From: a virus
Lineage: Duplodnaviria > Heunggongvirae > Uroviricota > Caudoviricetes
DNA length: 64,000 bases
Strand: one strand, 5' to 3'
Virus record (IMG/VR): IMGVR_UViG_2579778941_000001
In this document: piece by piece, positions 54,524 to 64,000 of the stretch
Position numbering within the stretch: the first letter of the stretch is position 1
How the letters are laid out: the number at the start of each line of letters is the position of its first letter
The notes under the pieces: model-generated
Told to the model about the DNA's origin: nothing
Seen by the model: the letters and a program-made list of their open reading frames with translations, nothing else
The model's database searches: none
Translations under genes and position numbers: made by a program

Positions 54524-55610
54524 TCGTAAACAGAATGAATCTGCCTGGTTAGCACTGATAGAACGGTATAAAGACAATTGGGAACTGGCAGCAAAAGAGT
54601 TGCTTGATATTGAGTTAACACCTCATCAAGCAAAAATTATTAACGCGATAAAGAACACCGGAGCCAAAGTCACTGCCACCACACCACATGGTATTGGGGA
54701 AACCTCTATTGTGGCAGTGATTAGCATCCTGCAAACAATACTGTATTCGTGTTCCCGTACAGTGGTTGTTTCTCCTGCGATTAACGATAGTCGAAAAACA
54801 ATAATTGACTATATGTTCCGTTATTGGGAGCGAGTTACCCAAAAACACCCTTTTCTTGGCAATTATTTCAGAATACACCCTGACAAAGGGTTGGTGCATA
54901 TCAGTGAAACATGGGGATGCGTCTATATAACCTATTGTCTGAATAACGAAGAGTCTCTGGCTGGTTTTACTGGACCGCACGATCTTTTCATCGTTATTAA
55001 CTCGGCGGAAATCAGCGATCGCGCTCATGCAGTGATAACTGGCAATTTAACCAATTATGACTCGCGCCTGCTGTTGCTGTCGAAACCATCGGAACGCGAG
55101 AAAGGGTACTTTTATGATTCGCATCACCGGTTGGCCCATAGTAAAAACAATCCTGCTGGTTTTTTCACGGCGATAACTCTAAACACAGAGGATTCACCTC
55201 TCGTTTCTGAAGCATATCTTGAATTCAAAGCCAAAGAGTTTGGTGGGCGCAATAGCGATGAATATCGCCGATTGATCTTGGGGAAATTCCCCGGGATTCG
55301 GGAGTTGATGGAAAAGTCATCTGTTCCCCGTAATATGCACTTCACAATGACTGACGGTAGTAAATGGGTAGTGCCTACGATCGTGATCGCCAAACACCAT
55401 GCGAAACATCACGCTCAAAAACACAACTCCAGCACATTAGACTGGCTGAAGGCCTATACAATACCGTTATTCTCGGCAAACCATAACGCTATAACTGAAT
55501 GGGCTAAACAAATCCCCTGGCAGGATGTGGCTGAAGAGGCATTTGTCGAAAAACCACCAAGAGATTTGCACGAGCACTGTTGGCTGACATCAGAAAAAAG
55601 CTTCTCGTGA
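54516..55610 (+). CDS. Terminase-large-subunit (PacB) ATPase-domain paralogue with degenerate Walker A/B motifs and no nuclease domain
   Basis: Colinear similarity to PacB of this window ([12 protein letters not shown] vs [12 protein letters not shown]; LLLLSKPSERE vs [11 protein letters not shown]) but Walker A is PHGIGETS (no Lys) and Walker B is LFIVINSAEIS. Confidence 0.65.
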   Translation: MINRKQNESAWLALIERYKDNWELAAKELLDIELTPHQAKIINAIKNTGAKVTATTPHGIGETSIVAVISILQTILYSCSRTVVVSPAINDSRKTIIDYMFRYWERVTQKHPFLGNYFRIHPDKGLVHISETWGCVYITYCLNNEESLAGFTGPHDLFIVINSAEISDRAHAVITGNLTNYDSRLLLLSKPSEREKGYFYDSHHRLAHSKNNPAGFFTAITLNTEDSPLVSEAYLEFKAKEFGGRNSDEYRRLILGKFPGIRELMEKSSVPRNMHFTMTDGSKWVVPTIVIAKHHAKHHAQKHNSSTLDWLKAYTIPLFSANHNAITEWAKQIPWQDVAEEAFVEKPPRDLHEHCWLTSEKSFS

Positions 55611-55641
55611 GGTAAAAATCCCGCCGATTGGCGGGATTTCT

Positions 55642-55950
55642 TCAATATACGATCTGGTCTACATGATCACCAAAATCATCGTCGTCGTCCTCATCGCCAC
55701 CATCTACTGCTGGCCAATCAACAAACCAGCCAGCGTAAAGATGCAGCGTTCGGAGAACATCACTTGCGGGAGCATCAAGGGTGTTAACGAATCCCATATA
55801 GCTATTGGGATTTGCCCCAGCTATGGCTTCAGCGATCATGTCCTCGGTAATGTCACCGGAGATAATGCTTAAACGCCCGGAAACTTCTTCATTATCATCA
55901 AATTCGATAATGGCATCTCCACCTAATGGCGCTGCGATTTTAATCTGCAT
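55642..55950 (-). CDS. Small acidic protein, last gene of dar operon
   Basis: 102 aa with DGGDEDDDDDFGD tail. Confidence 0.35.
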   Translation of the reverse strand: MQIKIAAPLGGDAIIEFDDNEEVSGRLSIISGDITEDMIAEAIAGANPNSYMGFVNTLDAPASDVLRTLHLYAGWFVDWPAVDGGDEDDDDDFGDHVDQIVY

Positions 55951-58927
55951 TATTTAGCTCCTTTGCCACACCTAATAACAGTTCCAGCAATCCGTCACCA
56001 TTCATCAGTGATGCGGCAGCGGCCTCTTTGTCATGATACAACTGAAGAGCCATAGAGAATACTTCCGTTGCTGACGTTTTGGAAATAGTCGGTGATTTCT
56101 GCCGAATTTTCCCGGTGTTACTTACTGAGGCTGGCGGGTATACCTTCGCCATATAAATATTACTCAATCGAGATCTGAAGCACCATTCAGGCTTGCCACG
56201 CCCACCGATATTGACGAAAGATGGCTTATCCCCTTCAACATTGGCCTTCAGGAATGACCGGGCTTTCTCTAACAAACCAGGGTTACTGTACTCAAGATGA
56301 TGACCCAGCTCGTGCCACAGTGCACTTGCATTTTCATCGTTCAAATTGACAGCAACAACACCATTTAGATTTGCATATGCCCTTCCCTGGTGGTGAACTA
56401 CCTTTGATAAGGTCGATATTTTCCCGCCAGTCAGGCGATAAATATCAGCAAGTTCCTTGCGCAGGTCTATCCCACCATTCTGTCCAGCGCGGGCTTCTTC
56501 CACTTCTTCTGTGATAAAAGAGTCGGCCCACTCAAGAGCTTTTTCTTCAGATACGGATGAGTTTGCGATCGCACTGTTCATGGCAGATAACACTTTCTCG
56601 TGGACCGAACCCATACTTCGCTGATTCATTTGCCAGCGTGTCTGCGGGTTATATGAGAATCGCTTAAGTAGTTGGTCAAGCTGCTCAAGTTCTTCTTCAC
56701 TGACATACTTTTTAGCCTCACCAATAATGCCAGGGAGAATATTGCCGTTAGGATTAAACGCTCGCGAAAGGAAGAGTTTCAGCGCCCCCATGCCCTCCGA
56801 TGCTTCAATATCACCAATAACCCGGTTAACAATGGCCGCACTCTTCGGATTAGCATCTGCCAACGCTCTGGCTACGATTTGCAGGGACGATACGACCTCA
56901 CGCTGCATATCAGTCCTGATCTCATCAATAAACTCTGGCGTTATGCCGTGCTCTTTAAGGATATCCCGGCCTTCCGCCGTTACCCCATCGATATCACCGA
57001 CATGTTTATTAACACGACTTTGCAATGCCTTAAATGCCTTCAGAATTCCACGGGCATCATCCGCTTTACTAACGGCCTTCCTGAATGCTGGCAAGAAGTC
57101 TGAGTTAACCTCATTTTGTTGATCGGCCCACTGAATGGAGGCTTCTTTCATCTCGTCCAGAGTCAGATCACCCAACGCGGTATGGTCTGTGAATATGAGC
57201 GACAACCTCTGAACCATTTCTGCCAATGGTGATGCCGAATGCGCCGCGCTAAGGAATGCTTTCACCCTGGTTGGGCGAATGGAAAACCAGTCAATAGCTG
57301 GTGGCATATCTCCGTTTTTTATCGCCTGCGCTATCTCGTCAAAGCCATCGCGCCCAAGGGAGGATGCGTGATTTAACAAGCCGCGAAGTAACGAATTGCT
57401 GATACCGAATAATCGGCACCATTTTTTCACGTCGGCAACAGGCATTCGAACAAAATGCGCAAGCACTTGTACAAGCTGTTCATCCTGGGGATCTGTGCGG
57501 GAAAGCAGCCTGATCAGATGAATAATGTCTTTGATGCCGGATGCCCGATGTAATAGCAAACTGGTATACGGAGCAACACCGTTGTAACTACCGCCGGAAA
57601 CGGACTCGAAAAGACCGCCGGATATCCCTTGCATGCCTTCGTTTTCCAGTTCCTGAGACACCTGGCGAAGGATATCCTGTAACGACACATCGCCGCCGCC
57701 AAACATATCCCCCAGCGCCTGGCCCTGGTGCTGTAACTCATCATTGATACGTTGAGCCATCAACTTAAAGGCGGTGGCCATACGCTTCGCGCTACGGTTA
57801 TTCGCGACGATGAACAACGCGAGTGCTTTCACTTCCGGGGCCGTTTCGCTGAACATATCCCCCTGAGCAATAACATCGGTAATATGCTGGCCTGACTCCT
57901 TCGATTGCCTTACCAGGTCTACCGCATCTTTCAATGCCGCCAGCGCCTTTTTATCGAGGCAATCCGCTGTCTCAATGCCATCAACAATAGTTGTCACAGC
58001 CTGCTTGTGCGCTTCTCCTGATAAAGCCTGCATCTGGACAAAATCATTGGCTGCCGCATTAAGCGCCGTCAGAACATTACGCATATCCGGATCAGGTTCT
58101 TCTGCAACCATCCTTACCAGGCGCGCATCCTTATATGCCTTGGCAAAGATCGCGTTTTGTATACGGTCTACAAGTTGCCGTGTTGGTCGCCCATCTTCAG
58201 TTACAAGGCCAGCCGCCTGTGTGGCACCAACTTGCGTCATAAATCCGCGAATAAACGCGTCATTACTGCGGCTAAGCAGATCTCCGCTTTCTGACGGGTT
58301 AAAAAGCGCCATCATCGCCGGTGTTATGCTGTCGGCATCAACAAAAGCTTTTTCACTGGCTGCCATTTCCTGAAGATCAGAAATATTTGAGTCCTTGGCA
58401 AACTGAACGCGGTCAACCTTAGTTAACCGGCGGCGCACCAGTACCGGAGCCGTCATTGATTCAACCTTTTCAGGAGGTATGCCGAATTCGGTCGCATGTT
58501 CAATCAGGTACTCACGATACCGATCCGCATTGCCGTCCTGATAGGCTTTGATGATCCCCATGGTCCGTCCATTACCTGACTCAACGGCATTGTCCTCACC
58601 AATTATCGGCGCACCATGGCTGGATAAACCGGAATCAGTAAGCTGAGCTGGCCGCAAATCTTTGGATATCTGGTTAACCTGAAGAAGGCTGGATGCGCGG
58701 GTCCGGTCGCGCGGCTGAAGTTCCTGGGGATAGTCAGGATTAATTTTCCCATCCAGAGTATTGGATACCAAAAGAGCTGAGGCATCGACGATATCAAACG
58801 CTGTTTTTACCTCGTCTCCCTTCGCTGTCACCACATACGAAACCCGCCCATAATCGGGCAGGTTCTTTAGCAGCTCGATCAGCGTTTCTATGCTGGTGGC
58901 CATTACCACCTGATCGCTTAAGCTCAT
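55940..58927 (-). CDS. ddrB: DdrB-like large virion-associated Dar protein
   Basis: 995-aa ORF downstream of darA-ddrA; assignment by P1 operon order hdf-darA-ddrA-ddrB. Confidence 0.55.
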   Translation of the reverse strand: MSLSDQVVMATSIETLIELLKNLPDYGRVSYVVTAKGDEVKTAFDIVDASALLVSNTLDGKINPDYPQELQPRDRTRASSLLQVNQISKDLRPAQLTDSGLSSHGAPIIGEDNAVESGNGRTMGIIKAYQDGNADRYREYLIEHATEFGIPPEKVESMTAPVLVRRRLTKVDRVQFAKDSNISDLQEMAASEKAFVDADSITPAMMALFNPSESGDLLSRSNDAFIRGFMTQVGATQAAGLVTEDGRPTRQLVDRIQNAIFAKAYKDARLVRMVAEEPDPDMRNVLTALNAAANDFVQMQALSGEAHKQAVTTIVDGIETADCLDKKALAALKDAVDLVRQSKESGQHITDVIAQGDMFSETAPEVKALALFIVANNRSAKRMATAFKLMAQRINDELQHQGQALGDMFGGGDVSLQDILRQVSQELENEGMQGISGGLFESVSGGSYNGVAPYTSLLLHRASGIKDIIHLIRLLSRTDPQDEQLVQVLAHFVRMPVADVKKWCRLFGISNSLLRGLLNHASSLGRDGFDEIAQAIKNGDMPPAIDWFSIRPTRVKAFLSAAHSASPLAEMVQRLSLIFTDHTALGDLTLDEMKEASIQWADQQNEVNSDFLPAFRKAVSKADDARGILKAFKALQSRVNKHVGDIDGVTAEGRDILKEHGITPEFIDEIRTDMQREVVSSLQIVARALADANPKSAAIVNRVIGDIEASEGMGALKLFLSRAFNPNGNILPGIIGEAKKYVSEEELEQLDQLLKRFSYNPQTRWQMNQRSMGSVHEKVLSAMNSAIANSSVSEEKALEWADSFITEEVEEARAGQNGGIDLRKELADIYRLTGGKISTLSKVVHHQGRAYANLNGVVAVNLNDENASALWHELGHHLEYSNPGLLEKARSFLKANVEGDKPSFVNIGGRGKPEWCFRSRLSNIYMAKVYPPASVSNTGKIRQKSPTISKTSATEVFSMALQLYHDKEAAAASLMNGDGLLELLLGVAKELNNAD

Positions 58928-58939
58928 CCCTGTTACGCC

Positions 58940-59305
58940 TTATGCTGCCTCTTTAATGTTGGCGGCTATCCATGCCGCCGTGTGCTGTTTAACCTGGTCC
59001 AGGTCGATGTATGTGCCAACATATTGACTCAAATCCTGCAAGGTACCGATAAATGCATCGGTGCTCTGATCGACGAATTTATCAGCCAGGAAATCAGCAA
59101 CCAGTTTTGGCACACCATCATGTACCGAAGGTTGTTTTTCCTCGCCACTACTGCCGCCGGACACACCGTACCCCATCTGTTGCATGATCTGGTCAATTTC
59201 ATCGCTGATATCCAGCAACTCCATGCCACTCGCGGTAGCCGCTTTGGACATCAGAGCATCCAACTTATCGCTGAGATCCATTAACTCAATAGCTGATAGT
59301 GTCAT
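58940..59305 (-). CDS. ddrA: DdrA-like protein
   Basis: 121-aa ORF between darA and ddrB. Confidence 0.5.
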   Translation of the reverse strand: MTLSAIELMDLSDKLDALMSKAATASGMELLDISDEIDQIMQQMGYGVSGGSSGEEKQPSVHDGVPKLVADFLADKFVDQSTDAFIGTLQDLSQYVGTYIDLDQVKQHTAAWIAANIKEAA

Positions 59306-61221
59306 ACCGCTACCCCCGCTTTCTGGATTGCTACCAGCAGATCAGCCAGGTGGCGAGCAGCGCCATTAACCAGCTCTTCGTTTTCCTCAAAACGCCCGGC
59401 AGCCTGAAGGGCTGCAATCGCTTCCCGGACATTACCCCGGGCGTTACGGATCTCCGCCATGTCAGTGCTTTGTATATCCATCACGTTATTGAGATATTCA
59501 ATGGCTTTATTAGCCTCTGCATCTGCTTCGCTAACCGTTTCATCAGGCTGTGCCGGGGCCGGTTCTGGCTGAGTAATCTCACCGACTTCGGCCTGCAATG
59601 CATTGATCATGCTCTGCACCATTTTCTCGGTGCCAGCGCCCCCAGGAAACGCAATATTGGGGAAAGTTTTTTGAAACTGAGTTTTCAGCATTACGCGGAA
59701 CTCGTCTGGTGAGCTGGTGGCCAGCTCCAGAGCTTTTTGTGCATATTTGCCAAACGGACCATTAGTAAGTGTCTTCGCCAGGAAGTCGAAAGAATCCTCG
59801 CGAGGCAATAACTTCAGGTCGTACTCACTCATTTGCTGATCAGAAAGCGGGGTATCGTAAGTAGCAATGCCGTAGCGTGCATATTCATAATACGGGTCAC
59901 CTTCATCAGGGCGCGGCAGAATTGCTTTGTTACCTTCAGGTATTGCGCCAGGGGCCGCCGGACGCATTTGCAGGGCATATCGATATGCACCTACAGAGAC
60001 TTCTGGTTCAGGCGAAGAGCTACCGGTATCCTCCGCTGGTTCAGGTTCGACGTTTTCCGGTTTATGTTCTTCTGGTTGGACCAGGTATTCCGATACATTA
60101 CCCGCTTTATAGGCTTTAAACAGCTTGCCGATCGCATCTGCCATGTCCACACCCTGTATGGATTTAGCCTTGATCATGTATACGCTGCCATCCGGATCGG
60201 TTAACTGGATATACCCTTCGCCGCCCCCAATGAATTGCTTCATTGATGCACCATTACTGAGCGTCACTTCCCCGTCCATATGCATACGATTTTTGATACT
60301 GGCAAGGCGATCCGTCAGCGCGCGAGAGTGCCCACCAGTCATCCCCGCTGGAGCAATGGTATCGCGCCCACCAGTGCGATTGAGCTGATCAATCTCCGTC
60401 TGCAAACGCTCATTCTCTTCATAAAGAGAATCCGCTTCCGATGCAACAGCGTTAATTTTCTGCTCCAGATCTGCCTTCTGCCCTTCTACCGCTGCCACCT
60501 GATCCGCGAGGTCGCTCATGGCATCCTCTTTCTGGTCACTGTCAGCCTGTAGTTGGGTTATTTCATCAACAAGGGCTTTTTTCTTCTTCTGCGCACGCTG
60601 GAATTTTGCCGAGTTTTTCTCTGCAAGGTTGGCAAGTTTCATGGTGACCTGCGCCAGCGTCATATCACGTCCACTCATCGGAGCAACGGTGTGAGTAACG
60701 TCTTTTTTATTCAGTAAGAACTGGAAAGCAACCAGCGTATCGCTATTGGTGATCCGGTTTTCCGCTGTCGGGCTATGAAACAGAATGCTGATAGTCTGAC
60801 CATCACTGAGCGGAATAATGGCTGGCAAGACCGGCAGCCCGTTAACGTTACGTGCCCGGCCAATTTCAGCGCCGCCGATCGCGCGCGCGCCGCTCTGGGC
60901 CACATCCCCCGTTTTATCACTCCCCGCAGAGATTCCGGTACCATTCAGCTTCTGGTTCAATGCCCGGACAAATGCCTGCATGGTCCGGTGTAACTGCAAA
61001 CGAGTAGAACTAATCGCCTCCAGTAAATCCGTAGCACACCAGTGGATCGGCGTGTCATAGAAGAACGTAGCCTCGATTTCCTCCAGGGTGTTGGATTCCG
61101 TCATCAGATAGCGGTCCTCACCGGCCATTAATGCGCGATATTCATCATCAGTCACTGGCGGGGGAAGCACGTCAAGCCCAGGCTTGATCGTCACCCCTTT
61201 ATTGATATTGAACTGTTCCAT
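59302..61221 (-). CDS. darA: DarA antirestriction / head morphogenesis protein
   Basis: 639 aa; internal coiled coil; shares a homologous segment (KNSAKFQ region) with the upstream 203-aa Hdf-like protein. Confidence 0.6.
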   Translation of the reverse strand: MEQFNINKGVTIKPGLDVLPPPVTDDEYRALMAGEDRYLMTESNTLEEIEATFFYDTPIHWCATDLLEAISSTRLQLHRTMQAFVRALNQKLNGTGISAGSDKTGDVAQSGARAIGGAEIGRARNVNGLPVLPAIIPLSDGQTISILFHSPTAENRITNSDTLVAFQFLLNKKDVTHTVAPMSGRDMTLAQVTMKLANLAEKNSAKFQRAQKKKKALVDEITQLQADSDQKEDAMSDLADQVAAVEGQKADLEQKINAVASEADSLYEENERLQTEIDQLNRTGGRDTIAPAGMTGGHSRALTDRLASIKNRMHMDGEVTLSNGASMKQFIGGGEGYIQLTDPDGSVYMIKAKSIQGVDMADAIGKLFKAYKAGNVSEYLVQPEEHKPENVEPEPAEDTGSSSPEPEVSVGAYRYALQMRPAAPGAIPEGNKAILPRPDEGDPYYEYARYGIATYDTPLSDQQMSEYDLKLLPREDSFDFLAKTLTNGPFGKYAQKALELATSSPDEFRVMLKTQFQKTFPNIAFPGGAGTEKMVQSMINALQAEVGEITQPEPAPAQPDETVSEADAEANKAIEYLNNVMDIQSTDMAEIRNARGNVREAIAALQAAGRFEENEELVNGAARHLADLLVAIQKAGVAV

Positions 61222-61222
61222 G

Positions 61223-61834
61223 TTAATTTCCTGCTTTCAGTTGCTTAAGACGGCGTTTGAGTTCGCCATTTCGGGCCTTTTCGTTATTGAGTCGGCCTGT
61301 CTCCTTATCCAGCTTCGCCCGCAAATCAGTGATCTGCTGTTGATTGAAAGACACCGAGTTCTGCGCTGATTTATAAGCGGCAACCACCTGAGCATTCCGC
61401 TGTTTTGCCTCTTGCAGGCGCTGAAAGTTGGATTTTACTGCCGGTTTCTTGTCTACCGGATTGGCAACACGTTTCGCTTTGGCGATCAGTGATTTCTGGA
61501 ATTTTGCGGAGTTTTTGCGGGCCGCTTGCCCCATGACGGTACCAAGCGTCTTGATATCCGGCGATTGAGCGTTAGGAATAGCTTTTCCATTCAGCCTCAC
61601 AGACGATATATCGCCAGTATCGTTTACCTGTATGGCAAGAATTTGTCCGTCGTTAAGAACCAGCTTTGCGGTTTTAACTTTAACGCCATCTTTCGTTGTT
61701 GCGCGGTTGCTGGAGTCAACCTCAATTACCGTAACACCGGTTTTATTGATCGCCGCGATAAGGGATTTCAGCCCCTTTTCATTAACCTGGTCAAAATCGA
61801 CCGTTGCATACTTATTTTTCGTCATCTGACACAT
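61223..61834 (-). CDS. hdf: Hdf (DarA-homologous) protein
   Basis: 203 aa; AARKNSAKFQKSLIAKAKR resembles the DarA segment LAEKNSAKFQRAQKKKK. Confidence 0.5.
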   Translation of the reverse strand: MCQMTKNKYATVDFDQVNEKGLKSLIAAINKTGVTVIEVDSSNRATTKDGVKVKTAKLVLNDGQILAIQVNDTGDISSVRLNGKAIPNAQSPDIKTLGTVMGQAARKNSAKFQKSLIAKAKRVANPVDKKPAVKSNFQRLQEAKQRNAQVVAAYKSAQNSVSFNQQQITDLRAKLDKETGRLNNEKARNGELKRRLKQLKAGN

Positions 61835-62255
61835 CCTGTGCGAGATTTATTACGTAACTTCTGCGGATTTGCTGAGTAACAGGGAAAATCCGATACAACG
61901 GGTTAATGAACGAGTCGCCATGCGTAACCATGACGTTGAAATGCCACAGTCGCTCTCCTTTACCCATATATTCAGTGGGTATGTACAACCATTCACTGTT
62001 TTCGCCCTGTTCAGCCGACGTCAAACAACGTTGTTCGCCTTCAATCACTGTCGTCGGCTTCTGAACATCGCGGATCCAATATCTGACCGTTGCGCCGCGC
62101 AAAAACGGGAATTTAGACCGGTATTTGAACGGCACCCGGATGAAACCCGGTTTAATTTCCACATCACCAAGTTCTAAATGCGTGATGTCCTTGCGTTTTA
62201 GCAAATAGCGATCGGCTAAGGCTAACGCAAGAACGCATACACCCCAGCCAATCAT
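61812..62255 (-). CDS. lydB: LydB-like antiholin/lysis regulator
   Basis: 147-aa ORF following the holin-like gene at head of the dar operon. Confidence 0.4.
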   Translation of the reverse strand: MIGWGVCVLALALADRYLLKRKDITHLELGDVEIKPGFIRVPFKYRSKFPFLRGATVRYWIRDVQKPTTVIEGEQRCLTSAEQGENSEWLYIPTEYMGKGERLWHFNVMVTHGDSFINPLYRIFPVTQQIRRSYVINLAQDVSDDEK

Positions 62256-62581
62256 TTCCCGCCTCCCTTTTTCACCAAACTTGTAAGAACATTCAGAATG
62301 CTATCGATATTCACTCGTTTCATCCCTGAAATCACCTCATGACCGTTATTGCTGGCTATCGTTACCATTAAGTACGTAATGGATAACTCCCAGCCCTCGT
62401 GTTGCCCCAATAGGTACGCCACCGCGCCAGCTGTCACTGCAACAAAGATCTCCGTAACCAATCCCAACAAATTGCCAGACTGGCGACCGTCTCGGACATC
62501 CATCAGGAACGTGCCTATCCCACCAATTACTGAAAGCAGGAGCGCAATAGCAACTGGAGCTAATTCCTGTGTGTCAAGCAC
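62252..62581 (-). CDS. lydA: LydA-like holin (three predicted TM helices)
   Basis: 109 aa; hydrophobic helices VAIALLLSVIGGIGTFLM, LLGLVTEIFVAVTAGAVAYLL, LSITYLMVTIAS. Confidence 0.45.
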   Translation of the reverse strand: MLDTQELAPVAIALLLSVIGGIGTFLMDVRDGRQSGNLLGLVTEIFVAVTAGAVAYLLGQHEGWELSITYLMVTIASNNGHEVISGMKRVNIDSILNVLTSLVKKGGGK

Positions 62582-62655
62582 AAGTTCCCTCCTACGTTGT
62601 CAGGAGGTAATGGTATGCAAAGTAACTTCTCAACCGGTTATGTTGCATAAGAGAC

Positions 62656-62919
62656 TTACCTATTCAACCGACTTTTGGAACCTTCAATAATAAGCCTGCT
62701 ATTGGCGCTGAAAATAAGAACCATGCAGCTCTGAAGGCTTTCATTCATATCCTTATATTCCGCGAGATACATGCCAATAAAGCCAGCAAGTACGGCGGAA
62801 ATACATTCGGCCAGCAATTTCTTGCATGAAGACTCGTAACGGTTTTCACATAGCCCACTCAAATACGAATACACCCCACCAAGAAGGGATAACATCACGA
62901 TATGTACATAAAATGTCAT
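62656..62919 (-). CDS. Small membrane protein upstream of lydA
   Basis: 87 aa, 2-3 hydrophobic helices. Confidence 0.35.
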   Translation of the reverse strand: MTFYVHIVMLSLLGGVYSYLSGLCENRYESSCKKLLAECISAVLAGFIGMYLAEYKDMNESLQSCMVLIFSANSRLIIEGSKSRLNR

Positions 62920-63354
62920 TTTTTACCTATACAACAGTAAGTTGAACAACATCTGAGAACGGTATGCACTTTGTGATTTCCACACACACTGGTTTTGTTA
63001 ATTAAAACCTGTAGCTTGCAATAAATAACGATAGTGGGCAGAAAATATGCTAATAGGCTATGTACGCATATAGACAAATGAACAAAACACAGCTATGCAG
63101 TGAAAAGCACTTGAAAGCGCAGGATGTGAGCTAATTTTTGCGAATAAGGCGAGCAGCAAAAAGGCTGGGCACCCTGGGTTAAAAAAGGTTCTGCGTATGC
63201 TTTCCAGAGGTGATACCCTAGTCTCGGGCTAGGGACAACATTTCGAGGACAGTTTTCATTAGCGGTCAGCAGGCGCTAGATACATCGAATTGATGTGCCG
63301 CGCGATAAATGTACCTATTCTATCAAGATAAATTACACCGACGCGGCATTAGAA

Positions 63355-63927
63355 TTACAGCTCAGATTGAGTTTGGCGCTTCTCTACAGGATGATAACGA
63401 TAAATCGTCGATACACCGATATCGTAAATAATTGCCAACTGTTTCCTGCTGTAGCCATTTTCGATCAACCTCGCTATTTGCTCATGTTGTTCTTTTGTCA
63501 ACTTCGGGCGACGTCCGCCAACTCTTCCTTGTGCTCGCGCAGCAGCCAGTCCTGCCAGCGTGCGCTCAACTATCAGTTCACGCTCCATTTCTGCCAGTGC
63601 ACCCATCATATGAAAAAAGAACCTTCCCATCGGAGTGCTGGTATCGATTGAATCCGTCAGACTGCGAAAATTGACACCTTTTGCGCGTAGCTCTTCTGTG
63701 AGAGCAATGAGGTGTTTCATTCTTCTACCCAACCGATCCAGCTTCCAGACCACCAATGTATCCCCTCTTTTAAGGCACTTTAAAGCGCGTTTCAGGCCTG
63801 GTCGTTCCGACTTGGTTCCGCTCATTTTGTCCTCAAAAATCTGTTCACATCCTGCGCACATTAATGCATTGCGTTGCAAATCTGTGTTTTGGTCATTTGT
63901 TGACACACGTATGTAGCCAATCAGCAT
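63355..63927 (-). CDS. cin: Cin serine recombinase (DNA invertase of Hin/Gin/Cin family)
   Basis: MLIGYIRVSTNDQNTDLQRNAL... resolvase catalytic domain plus C-terminal HTH (GYSRKQLAIIYDIGVSTIYRY). Confidence 0.9.
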   Translation of the reverse strand: MLIGYIRVSTNDQNTDLQRNALMCAGCEQIFEDKMSGTKSERPGLKRALKCLKRGDTLVVWKLDRLGRRMKHLIALTEELRAKGVNFRSLTDSIDTSTPMGRFFFHMMGALAEMERELIVERTLAGLAAARAQGRVGGRRPKLTKEQHEQIARLIENGYSRKQLAIIYDIGVSTIYRYHPVEKRQTQSEL

Positions 63928-64000
63928 TAAAAATACTCCCTTTTGAGTGGTTAAAGTACTGAGATAATGTGGGGAGGATTTGAGAGATAAACGTTGGTTT

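Noticed and set aside
56672-58373. Plus-strand ORFs inside ddrB and other antisense ORFs within prt, pro, darA, pacB, ban
   Set aside because: Overlap long sense-strand genes completely and lack ribosome-binding sites.

Overview
This window reads as about two thirds of a P1-like temperate phage / phage-plasmid genome (Enterobacteriaceae), in the same orientation as the P1 reference. The anchors are an exact 34-bp loxP site (36183-36216) followed by cre, the C1 repressor with Coi, at least 13 copies of the asymmetric C1 operator (ATTGCTCTAATAAATTT-like), the pacA/pacB terminase with the 7-hexamer pac site, phd-doc, humD, hot, ban (DnaB analogue), the fused C5/N6 methyltransferase dmt, three phage tRNAs (Asn, Thr, Ile-CAU), the 2255-aa antirestriction protein DarB, the hdf-darA-ddrA-ddrB operon, a SAR-type endolysin, ssb and the cin invertase. 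Gene names are assigned from my recollection of the P1 map plus sequence motifs; no database search was run. The main candidate for something new is a single AT-rich gene (39723-41027) for a 434-aa SIR2-like (ThsA/DSR-type NADase motif) protein with an uncharacterised C-terminal domain. It sits between the mat-like gene and lxc-ulx-darB, where P1 itself carries the EcoP1I res-mod type III R-M genes and IS1 as I remember the map. Other points worth a second look are four long hairpin repeats with tRNA T-arm-like loops after the tRNA genes, a terminase-large-subunit paralogue with degenerate Walker motifs, a possible DUF2829 (Tad2-like) domain fusion, an SPFH lipoprotein module between tRNA genes, and a set of possible glycosyl-transfer genes.
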